Origin: Massalongia carnosa
Lineage: Eukaryota
Assembly (NCBI GenBank): GCA_965645245.1
Contig: OZ287068.1
Coordinates: 62,001-126,000, forward strand
Length of the DNA: 64,000 bases
Reading direction: 5' to 3'
Both the position numbers and the translations under genes were made by a program. The notes beneath the pieces are model-generated. The model was not told the origin of the DNA and did no database searches. It was given only the letters and a program-made list of their open reading frames with translations. Positions 45,361 to 56,350 of this stretch are shown here, piece by piece. Every line of letters begins with the position of its first letter. Position 1 is the stretch's first letter.

Positions 45361-45541
45361 GGTTGCCACAATGCAGCCACAACAGAAGGGACGATATAAC
45401 TTTCGGCCAAGATAGCTACAGAGTCGGGGAGCAATTCTACGTGATCACAATGACTATTGAGGGCTTGTATGGGTAACGAATGCAATTTCTAGTGCTAGCT
45501 AAAAAGTGCGAAAGTTGAAGTAAGTTTCGTGGTTTTGTTAG

Positions 45542-47285
45542 CTAGTTCGTCTATGGCGAGAGCTAGTGCGGGACCGATGCTATTCGGCTAACAGCGGATT
45601 CGGCTACCAGCGGATCGGCTACCAGCGGTTCTCCACGCATGACGGGGACAACAGTGATGCAAAATCCGGACCTCTTCGGTTTTGCACGGTTATCCGCCAG
45701 GAGCTGGTTCGGATAACGACGGGGGATCGGATAGGGAAGGATGGATGACAAGGGGGAGATGGAGGCTATATAGAGGGCCGAAGCAGTCCTACATCTCCTC
45801 ATCATTTCGGATTCGGAGGTAGCACTGCATAGTAGTTTTTGAGTCCGATCCAACAATCCTCCAACCTAACGAACAATCCATCCTTCTTCCCTTCTTCATC
45901 TTCGATAAAACACGTATAAACCTAGCTCCGCTCTACTCCCTTCCATAAACAGAATGCCTACTAGCCGCCGCATTGCGTCCACCGCCGACGATAGCGGCCC
46001 CACTGGCCCCCTCACCCCCCTTGTGCCTGACTCTTAGCCGACCTCCGCAACAATGCAGGCCGGCCAGCCAGCGGAAGAAGGGCCTACACGCCCCGGTACC
46101 CCTGATGAGCTACTTGAACTTCGCGTACAACGCCGAAATGAGAAAGCTTAGGAAGGAAATTGTCGACAGACAGGCCGCGTTGGAGGTGGAGGAGGTCCCT
46201 ACGGGATTTCAGCATGGGGGATCCCAACTGACAAATCAGGCCTTTCAGGCAAGTCTACGAAGAAATCTATCAATATCAGCAAAGGTCTGGAGGTCATTAC
46301 TGGCGAGGATGACGCATCGTTGAGCGACATCAAGGGTATCACCCACCTAAATCGTTGTCTTTTGGTATACTAGCAAGCGGAATTGCACTTTTCACAACCA
46401 AGTCTGTTCAAAGATCTAGTGTCAAATGTCAGCTATACTGGCATTAACCAACATTGGTCAACGGGCCCGTCACATGCCCGTCACATGACATTGCCACCGC
46501 GGCACAGGTAAAAATTCTTCATTCCCCACATTCTTTCTTCCTTCGGAGACATCTCTTGATCTATCCCCTGGCGGCATACCTAGCTAGAAAATCATCTATA
46601 GATCAATGCCATTCATTTCACCTCATCTGGTCAAGACGTAAATCATCTCAACTGATCATCAGGGCAAAAAGCCTCAGATCTAGCAAGGGCCTTCATGAAA
46701 TACGAGGACCGGCTGATTTTGCTTCACAATACCTACACATGGGAGTCGTTGCTGCAAGTTCATATGCTATTTCATAGAACGCTGTGGTATCAAGGAGTGG
46801 ACGACCCCGTAAAATGGAGGCAAAGCTACCCAGACTTGGAAAACACATACCTGGTTAAACGCGACAGGCCTCTCAATAACCTTCAAACCCGGACCGGATT
46901 TGGGGGATACACAACCAATTCAAACAGCAATACTCCAAGGCCCTACCCTTGCCATCGGTATAACACAGGCAAGGACTGCCGAGACTGCAGATATCAACAC
47001 GTCTGCAGCAACTGCGGGAGACAGCACCCAGCATTTAGTTGCAGGGGCAACAACCCCAACAATAGCAACCCAAGTAGCCAATCTCGTAACAATCCGAATT
47101 GGACACCGGTCAATAGGAAGGATTGACTAGCCGGCCCATATGACCATATCGCGGAAGGTTTTCCGTACAGACTGATGGACAAACTCGAGGCTCTTCAGCA
47201 AGGACCACTCATCCTCGCCGGCTGGAAGAAGCACCTAGAAACTCACCCCGATAACGTTTACAAGCAGGCTATTTTTGATATTATT
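45542..47285 (+). mobile_element. Degenerate 5' fragment of the Ngaro-2 family (A end, broken gag, start of RT)
   Basis: Starts CTAGTTCGTCTATGG and matches the reverse complement of 54599-56267, with deletions and an insertion. Confidence 0.9.
46420..46676. mobile_element. 257-bp TG...CA insertion, probably a solo LTR
   Basis: Absent from the homologous gag at ~55205. Flanked by GATCTAG at 46413-46419 and 46677-46683. Confidence 0.7.
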
Positions 47286-47286
47286 C

Positions 47287-48033
47287 CGTCGACGAATCCA
47301 ATGTCAGTCGTGCCCTCAGACGACTTGGTTGGAATCGAAAGAAGGTGAGACGTCAGGCAGCTCAACGGAATCAAACTCTACGCGACGGTTGGATGCAACG
47401 ACTAGGAGGTTGGACTGCCGAGCAATTGGTCTTCCTAGACGAAAGTGCCGCGTGTGAAAGAACCGGTATTTATCTTCCTATCTTCTTCTCATCTTTCTTC
47501 TCATCTCATATATAGGTGATCGTCGATACGGCTGGGCACCGGCCGGTGTTCCTGCGACCATGGTTCAGGATTTGAGAAGGTCAAAGAGATGGAGCATTCT
47601 TCCTGCATTTACGGTCGATGGATATATAGCTTGGGAGGTGCATCAGGGCTCCATAACTGCATCGATCTTCAATGATTTTGTTCTAAATCACGTCCTTCCT
47701 CATTGCACTGCCGACGGAGGTCCTAGATCTGTTTTAGTGTTAGATAATGCTCGAATTCATTGGAATGACGATCTCATTCAGATGTGTGAGGCTGCCAACG
47801 TCACCTTGGCAAGACTACCTCCTCATTCTCCGGATTTCAATCCAATTGAGACGTCGTTTGCATTGCTGAAAGCATGGATTCGTCGAAATGGAGAGATGAG
47901 TCTCTCATATACAGAGGTGTATGGAGAGTTCGGACAATTTCTTCGGGATGCAGTCAAAGAAAGAAGTCGAATGGGAGACCCGGGAAATTTATTTAGAATG
48001 GCCGGTATTCAGTATCCCACTATTCAGATCTAG
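47287..48033 (+). pseudogene. DD34E Tc1/IS630-family (DDE_3) transposase, 5'-truncated
   Basis: VSRALRRLGWNRKK...LVFLDES, intron 47466-47515, GDRRYGWAP, VLDNARIH...LPPHSPDFNPIE (34 residues between D and E). Confidence 0.9.
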
Positions 48034-48084
48034 ATCTAGATTGCTGTCTGCAGACATCTTGTCTGTCTCATTTCGAAATCTAAT

Positions 48085-50196
48085 CTAATATTCTTCTTCG
48101 GCATAGTCGTATTCTAGATTATACGTATTTTCCAACTCATCCTCCTCAATGGCATCTTCCATTCTCGGATCAACCCTTTTTATCTCCCCTAGTGTCTCAT
48201 CCACCTCTTCCTCATCCACCTCTTCCTCATCCACCTCTTCCTCATCCACCTCTTCCTCATACACCTCTTTTATGACCTGAGTATTGGCCTGAGTGGTCAT
48301 TTGCGAAGTTGGCAGGTAACGTGGACGTCGAGACATTTGCCGAGACGGGGGCGGAGGCATTCGCCGAGAGGAAGGCGGAGGCATTTGCATCTGCATCTGT
48401 CTTCCAAATTTGCTGACATCTCGTGCCAGCTGAATTCCGATGGAGGAATACTCAGCTTCGACCAGAAGGACTGATGCTCAATACCCTTTAATGTCTGGAT
48501 AGTCATTAAATCGTACCCACCTTCCATCAGTCGATCGTACGCATGCCTCAGTACGCCTTTCAGATGAGGTTTGGATTGGATATGCCAATTGACATAGTCT
48601 TCCAAAGCTTCCTCCACTGGACTGCTCGGAGCGGCGGGAGGGGCGACGACGGAGGGGGCATAACTTCCTTGACGATCTCTTCGATCCACAGGCGTTTCGT
48701 CTCGATGACGTCCGAAGTCGGAAGCTTGAGAAGGAGAATAAGAAGGAAACTGGGACGAATGAAGCTGGGGAAGTGGTGAAGAAGGAATAAATGCCGAGGG
48801 GTTGGCAAATGCTGAGGGGTTGACAAACGTCGAGGGGGGGGCAAATGCCCAGGGGGGGAAGGATTGATACGCGGGATGCTGATAGATGGGATGCAAATGT
48901 CTGGTCGAATCTTCCTGACTTTCCTGTTTCGGAGTCGATGATGCAGTCTTCCTTTTACCTTTTTGCGAATACATACTTTCCCTGATAGTCGATGGAGGCA
49001 TCTGAGAAGTGACTCCCGAAACGTCATCATCCAATGCCTTATTCCAAGCCACGAACTGATGACTGCTGATAATGTAATGTTGATCTCTTTCTTCATCGTT
49101 CCAACAGTATCGGCCGAAATTCTCACATGTCTTCTTCTTACAGACATGCAGAGATTGTAGAGCCGTCATTCTTTCAACTGTCTGACCATGAAGAATGGCC
49201 CTCTCCTCCAACTCCTTCTGCAATTTCAAGGTGGCCGTTCCCAACTTTTTGGAAACGGCAGCAGTCAGATCTTCTGGAATTTCACCGCTTTTGGTCCGAG
49301 CGAATTGATAGATTAGATCGACGGCCAAACTTTTTGCTCCATTCTCATATCGGAAAATCAAGACTTCTTCAATTGGAAGCCAAGACTCTTCCAACATCAG
49401 AGACATACGTTCTTGAGGTTTGATGCCATTCCTTGCAACAGTGGCTTTGACATTGACTAGTCGACAAGCAAAAGTTTTGTCATCTGCATGACGTTGAGCC
49501 TTTAAACTCATCTCATTGAGATGAGGTCTGAAAAAGAATCTCTTTTCGAATTCCGATTCCGAGTTAACTTTTCGAGTACTGGACATCTGATGAACGACAT
49601 CCTTTTCAAACATCACCGTCACATTCAGCAGGTAGGTGATGACAATGGGCGAGTCTGACGAGGGCGTCTTCTTGGTCTTGGTACGTGGATTTGACTTTGG
49701 CTTTCTAGTAGTGGCATTTTTGACAATCTTCTTTGCAGCAGAAACGAAAACATTCTCCTCAGCACTCTCGACTTCTTCCTCAACATTCCCCTCGGCAATC
49801 TCCTCGACATTCCCCTCGACACTTTCTACATCTACGTCATTCTCCGAGTCAATTGTATCATCTTCGTCATCCGGGACCATTAGGGATGCATAATAATTCG
49901 AGCCGGGAGGCGGCCTGGGCTTGATAATGGGAGGGGGCTTTGCTTTGGGAGGCTTTGCTTTGGGAGGCTTTGCTTTGGAAGACTTTGCTTGGGGGGGGCT
50001 TTGTCTTGGGAACGATCTTTTGCCAGCGAGATGCCTTCGGAGCTGAGGTTGGCGTCGATATGGGATCATCGTCGTCGACAGCATCTTTGCCCTTCGGCCC
50101 CGCCAAAGTCAGTTTTATCTTTGCCTTTACAGGCTCTGTCGAGGCATTTGGAGGCCCGGTATTCGCTCGTTTTGAGCGAGGACCTCTTAGTTTCAT
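48085..50196 (-). CDS. Uncharacterised protein A (Cys/His motif, SAM-like C-terminus), frameshifts at ~49995 and ~48440
   Basis: Long ORF pieces 50196-49995, 49995-48440 and 48440-48085. CKKKTCENFGRYCW...HY. Homologous by eye to 59960-61849. Confidence 0.7.
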
Positions 50197-50433
50197 GTCA
50201 AAGAATAGGGGGGAGACTTTGACGAAAAATAGAGCGGGCAAGGGCGAAGGAGCTGGGGATGGCAGTGACTATATTCTACAGCTACGAATTTCAGTACTAG
50301 AGCAGGTGACAATGCATAGTTACCACATAGACGGTGAGGGAAGTTTGGCTGGTTGGTCGTTATTTTCGCTAAATTTTGAGGTGTCGTGGCCATTTCAGGG
50401 TCCGCGCAGACCCTTTTGCAAGCGACAGTACGT

Positions 50434-51574
50434 TACCAGCTTTCGGGAGGGTCGCGTGCTAAGATTTGAGTAGAAGTTCCTGTAAATTGGGCCATTTGTT
50501 AGCGATTTTCTCCAATTTGCCCCGCGATAGGAGGTCAGCGAGCTCATTTGACTTTGTTGGGATCCAACGTATTTCAATCCGAATATCATGAATAGCGGTC
50601 AGCATTGCGATTGCCCGAAGGGGCCGCATAGCGTTTCCACGAATAGATGATTTCCTTATTCCTGACGTGACAGCAAAGTTGTCACAGTGGAAAATCACAT
50701 GGCTCCCTGCACAAAGGGGGAGCCATTTACGCAAAGCGTGTAATATCGCTGTCATTTCTTTGACATTGATGTGAGTTGGCCTAAGCCGAGACGTGAAACG
50801 TTCAGAAAGTGCATGCTCAGCAGGCATGGTAAAACTGGTATGATCCTCCACTAGGATGTAGGCCCCAATGCCGTACCCTGATGCGTCCGTCCAAAGACGA
50901 AATGTCTCGCGAGGACGGTCTAACATGCGAATGCCATTCCATTTAGGTAAAAAAAGATGCCACCACTGCAGGTCGGCTTTGATATTCTCGTTAATATGAA
51001 TATGACGCCCACGAGACATGGCTTTTGCGTTAAAAAGACGTCGGAGGAAAGCTCTCCCTGGCACTACCACTTTAGCTGGAATGACAAAAATCCCACCAAG
51101 GAGTCTAATTCCTTCCTTCTAATCGATGATTTTTGCAAGGCCTGTTTGACGAGGTCTTTGGCTTTCTGCAGTTTGTCTGGTGGTAGCCGTGCTTCCATGA
51201 GCATAGTATCCAATTCAATGCCTAAGAAATCGATCACATGACCAGTTTTATTTTTCTTTTCGTTGACTGCGATTCCAAGGTCTTTGCAAAGATCGAAGAA
51301 GTACCGAGTGAAAGCTTCCGCTTCGGGATTAGTGCGGCAAACTGCCAAGAAATCATCTAGATAATGAAGCACATCATGTTGATTTTGTAAACACATCCAA
51401 TTTATCCCCTTTGCAAACAAATCGAATAGAAAAGGAGACGTGCGCAAGCCGAAAGGTAGAAAGCGCTCCATCCAGTAAACATTATCCCATTGAAATCCCA
51501 GCAACCACCAGTCGCTTTTAGCCACGGGTATATGGCGAAAGGCGTCGGAGAAATCCCTTTTTACTAATATGCAC
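50434..51574 (-). mobile_element. Internal fragment of the Ngaro-2 family (RT C-terminus, RNase H)
   Basis: Near-identical to 53127-54267. Confidence 0.92.
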
Positions 51575-52156
51575 TAGAGGCGAAAGGGCGGATGCTGCTG
51601 TCGATCTTTTGACTAAACTGAGCGAAAGTGATGATCCACTTTTTGAGGAAGTGTCGTCCGATCCTTTTAGTGAGGATGAGGAGATGAGAGAGGAGGAAGG
51701 TGAGGAGGAGGAGAGGAGTGAGGAGGAGGGTAAAGAGGATGAGGGGGGGGAGGACGATGATGAGGAGTAGGATTTCGGGTAAAAGGAGTTTATTTAAATG
51801 AGCTCTTAACTTTTTATCATTATACCCGTTTGTAAAATTGTGTGCCGAACTTTGAACCCCGAAACTGCGCGGTAAAAAAAAAAAAATAAGTGACAGAATT
51901 GGACCACACATCAGAATTTGGTGCAGTAGTAAATGGCCCTCCTCCCCTTCTTACCGCCTTTTGCAGTCTATAAGCTAGTTCATGTGACCTCGTATTGCTT
52001 CTATTTCTAAGGTTGGCGGAAACACAGCGATCTGCACCTCGCTGGCGCCGTCACTCTCGCCGGCGCCTCTACCTAGCGCCCCCTTTCGGGCCTTGGTGCA
52101 GATCGCGGTGGATACTCCCAAGCCCAAGATGGAAACGGCTCGCGCGGCGATGCTGT

Positions 52157-53172
52157 TTAGGAGGCTGAGGGAGGGTGTTGAAAACGGCGTGAGGTGGCTA
52201 AGATGTGGGATTGATGCGTTTGGATATAAAGCTTGTAGGAGTCTGACTTCCACCGGCCTAGTAATTGAATGTCGTTCTCGCTAAGACCGACTTCCTTGGC
52301 CGACGTCGCTGCACCTCTTCGGAAAGAGTGACCTGAATAATTACCTGTTATGCCTAAGCTCTTAAGCCCTGATCGCATCGCGGTGGTCAAATATTCGCGT
52401 GTGAAAGCCTTTTGTTTATAGAATAAAGGGGAGGTTGCAGGTAGTGGAAACCGGGTGATCAAATTACGAAGGGATTTTACCGCGCAGGCCTCGTCCCCTG
52501 ATGCGGCTATCGTTAGCGCAATGCCTCGACGAAAGGGGTCGGTTTTGGACGCCGGCAAGGAGAGGAACAGCTTATCTGCTTCTAAGTGGACGGATTTCCT
52601 AGTTAAATGCCATGATTCGAAGCTTGGGTCTGTTAGGTCTCTGATAGTGTACGTAAATTCGCCTGCGCGAAGAAATCCTGCGAATGCCAGACAGTATGCT
52701 GCGTGTAGAGTGGCCTGCGCGTTGTCGGTTAAGTCCAATCGTTTCACTAAACGAAGGAGTATGTTTTTCGTAATGGGCATTCGCTCTTTCTTGTCGGCTT
52801 CGCCATTCTTTCGCTTTATGCCGGCAATGATTCTATTTAGTACGGGATGGTGAAACGTTTCTAGATCCTCAAAGCCCGTGTCGATTTGGCTGGACCGAAC
52901 TCCGGCTAGATAGGCCTTGATGGTTTTGGGCTGTATTTTGTGTTCTCCTAGCATCGCTATCCAAGATGACAAAGTCTGTATGGTTGCCGGAAATGGAGTC
53001 GCGTTCATTGATATTCTGCAGTGTGTTACATAGCTTCTTCTCCCTGTGTCATACAGACTGCGGGTTTTGACTGCCAAGCCCCACCACAGGTATCTAGCTG
53101 CTGGTCGGGATAGAGGTATTTCGCTATACCAGCTTTCGGGAGGGTCGCGTGCTAGGATTTGAGTAGAAGTTC
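52157..53172 (-). CDS. Ngaro-2 tyrosine recombinase
   Basis: AFAGFLRAGE, SKTDPF, GHSFRRGAAT, LGRWKSDSYKLYI. Confidence 0.93.
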
Positions 53173-54758
53173 CTGTAAATTAGGCCATTTGTTAGCGATT
53201 TTCTCCAATTTGCCCCGTGATAGGAGGTCAGCGAGCTCATTAGACTTTGTTGGGATCCAACGTATTTCAATCCGAATATCATGAATAGCGGTCAGCGTTG
53301 CGATTGCCCGAAGGGGCCGCATAGCGTTTCCACGAATAGATGATTTCCTTATTCCTGACGTGACAGCAAAGTTGTCACAGTGGAAAATCACATGGCTCCC
53401 TGCACAAAGGGGGAGCCATTTACGCAAAGCGTGTAATATCGCTGTCATTTCTTTGACATTGATGTGAGTTGGCCTAAGCCGAGACGTGAAACGTTCAGAA
53501 AGTGCATGCTCAGCAGGCATGGTAAAACTGGTATGATCCTCCACTAGGATGTAGGCCCCAATGCCGTACCCTGATGCGTCCGTCCAAAGACGAAATGTCT
53601 CGCGAGGACGGTCTAACATGCGAATGCCATTCCATTTAGGTAAAAAAAGATGCCACCACTGCAGGTCGGCTTTGATATTCTCGTTAATATGAATATGACG
53701 CCCACGAGACATGGCTTTTGCGTTAAAAAGACGTCGGAGGAAAGCTCTCCCTGGCACTACCACTTTAGCTGGAATGACAAAAATCCCACCAAGGAGTCTA
53801 ATTCCTTCCTTCTAATCGATGATTTTTGCAAGGCCTGTTTGACGAGGTCTTTGGCTTTCTGCAGTTTGTCTGGTGGTAGCCGTGCTTCCATGAGCATAGT
53901 ATCCAATTCAATGCCTAAGAAATCGATCACATGACCAGTTTTATTTTTCTTTTCGTTGACTGCGATTCCAAGGTCTTTGCAAAGATCGAAGAAGTACCGA
54001 GTGAAAGCTTCCACTTCGGGATTAGTGCGGCAAACTGCCAAGAAATCATCTAGATAATGAAGCACATCATGTTGATTTTGTAAACACATCCAATTTATCC
54101 CCTTTGCAAACAAATCGAATAGAAAAGGAGACGTGCGCAAGCCGAAAGGTAGAAAGCGCTCCATCCAGTAAACATTATCCCATTGAAATCCCAGCAACCA
54201 CCAGTCGCTTTTAGCCACGGGTATATGGCGAAAGGCGTCGGAGAAATCCCTTTTTACTAATATGCACCCTTTTCCTTGTTGTCTTATTTTGGCGACAGCG
54301 TCATCGAATGTGGGGTATTCCAAGGCCCCCCATTCCTGAGGGATGAAGTCATTTACCGACGATCCTTCAGGATGAGATAAATGATGGATACGGCGCCATG
54401 TACCATTTGATTTGGGTACGAGACCTAATGTGGATGATATGAACTTGGAGGGAAGAATATCTACTCGCGTCAATCGTCCCTTATCCCTCTGCTCCTCGAC
54501 ATCTTTAGTGAGTATATCAGGAGCTTTTTTTGCTGATAGTAGATTGGGGCTGAGGATGAATTGTTCTGGGCCGGTATACCCAATCTTGGCCCCATACCGA
54601 ATAATATCAAAAATAGCCTGCTTGTACACGTTATCGGGGTGAGTTTCTAGGTGCTTCTTCCAGCCGGCGAGGATGAGTGGTCCTTGCTGAAGAGCCTCGA
54701 GTTTGTCCATCAGTCTGTACGGAAAACCTTCCGCGATATGGTCATATGGGCCGGCTAG
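53152..54758 (-). CDS. Ngaro-2 RT-RNase H (1-nt frameshift at ~53770)
   Basis: LGLVPK, WRRIHHLS, LPFGLRTSP, HYLDDF, WTDASG, INVKE, NELADLLSR. Confidence 0.9.
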
Positions 54759-55953
54759 TCAATCCTTCCTATTGACCGGTGTCCAATTCGGATTGTTACG
54801 AGATTGGCTACTTGGGTTGCTATTTTTGGGGGTGGGTGTTGCCCCTGCAACTAAGTGCTGGGTGCTGTCTCCCGCAGTTGCTGCAGACGTGTTGGTATCT
54901 GCAGTCTCGGCAGTCCTTGCCTGTGTTATACCGATGGCAAGGGTAGGGCCTTGGAGTATTGCTGTTTGAATTGGTTGTGTATCCCCCAAATCCGGTCCGG
55001 GTTTGAAGGTTGTTGAGGGGCCTGTCGCGTTTAACCAGGTATGTGTTTTCCAAGTCTGGGTAGCTTTGCCTCCATTTTACGGGGTCGTCCACTCCTTGAT
55101 ACCACAGCGTTCTATGAAATAGCATATGAACTTGCAGCAACGACTCCCATGTGTAGGTATTGTGAAGCAAAATCAGCCGGTCCTCGTATTTCATGAAGGC
55201 CCTTGCTAGATCTTTGAACAGACTTGGTTGTGCAAAGTGCAATACCGCTTGCCAGTATACCAAAAGACAACGAATTAGGTGGGTGATACCCTTGATGTCG
55301 CTCAACGATGCGTCATCCTCGCCAGTAATGACCTCCAGACCTTTGCTGATATTGATAGATTTCTTCGTAGACTTGCTCAGAGTAACGTCACTGCACATCT
55401 TGGCGATATTGATGGGGTCAAACTTATTTTCCAAACTTTGCTTGAAATACAGCTGGTTTATGGCCGGAAAGTCACTTGTCAGAGGGAGGATTCTTGGGTC
55501 ATCCGTACCTTCGCTCTGAAAGGCCTGATTGGTCTGTTGGGATCCCCCATGCTGAAATCCCGTAGGGGCCTCCTCCACCTCCAACGCGGCCTGTCTGTCG
55601 ACAATTTCCTTCCTAAGCTTTCTCATTTCGGCCTGGCGCCCCTCTCGTACCAAAATGTCGCGTTGTACGCGAAGTTCAAGTAGCTCATCAGGGGTACCGG
55701 GGCGTGTGGGCCCTTCTTCCGCTGGCTGGCCGGCCTGCATTGTTGCGGAGGTCGGCTGAGAGTCAGGCACAAGGGGGGTGAGGGGGCCAGTGGGGCCGCT
55801 ATCGTCGGCGGTGGACGCAGTGCGGCGGGTAATAGGCATTCTGTTTATGGAAGGGAGTAGAGCGGAGCTAGGTTTATACGTGTTTATCGAAGATGAAGAA
55901 GGGAAGAAGGATGAATTGTTCGTTAGGTTGGAAGATTGTTGGATCGGACTCAA
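54759..55953 (-). CDS. Ngaro-2 gag-like ORF1 (frameshift near 54830; likely ATG at 55839)
   Basis: Homologous to Ngaro-1 gag (FDPINI.K.C.D, GEDDASLSDIKGI). CHRYNTGKDCRDCRYQHVCSNCGRQHPALSC. The copy at 46695-47126 shows the unshifted end ...PVNRKD*. Confidence 0.88.
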
Positions 55954-56350
55954 AAACTACTATGCAGTGCTACCTCCGAATCCGAGATGATGAGGAGATG
56001 TAGGACTGCTTTGGCCCTCTATATAGCCTCCATCTCCCCCCTGTCATCCATCCATCCCTATCCGATCCCCCGTCGTTATCCGAACCAGCTCCTGGCGGAT
56101 AACCGTGCAAAACCGAAGAGGTCCGGATTTTGCATCACCTGTTGTCCCCGTCATGCGTGGAGAACCACTGGTAGCCGATCCGCTGGTGGCCGAATCCGCT
56201 GGTAGCCGAATCCGCTGGTAGCCGAATAGCATCGGTCCCGCACTAGCTCTCGCCATAGACGAACTAGATAGTACGATTAATGATATCCTTTTGCTTGTCG
56301 TTTGTATAAACTTTCAACGTAGTTATTCCAGTCATCATGCCTCGAGAACC

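Larger units (their letters stand above)
34513..45517 (-). mobile_element. Full-length Tad1-like LINE, interrupted by Ngaro-1
   Basis: (AATC)n 3' tail at ~34512-34537. ~13-bp TSD AAGTAAGTTTCGT at 34500-34512 and 45518-45530. ORF1 and ORF2 both present. Confidence 0.92.
47286..50433 (+). mobile_element. Tc1/IS630-like (Ant1-type) element A, left end lost, with transposase and a convergent second gene
   Basis: Right end ...GCGACAGTACGT abuts a TA (50434-50435) of the Ngaro fragment that resumes there. No left TIR visible. Confidence 0.65.
51975..56267 (-). mobile_element. Ngaro-type YR retrotransposon (Ngaro-2), A-ORFs-B only
   Basis: Element-strand ends CTAGTTCG...TGAACTAG. Gag, RT-RH and YR are homologous to Ngaro-1. 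No A2/B2 copy. Confidence 0.92.

Noticed and set aside
51575..51974. Fragment with a GAG-rich tract between two Ngaro pieces
   Set aside because: It is probably a TE remnant, but no paired termini, TSD or protein motif could be supported.
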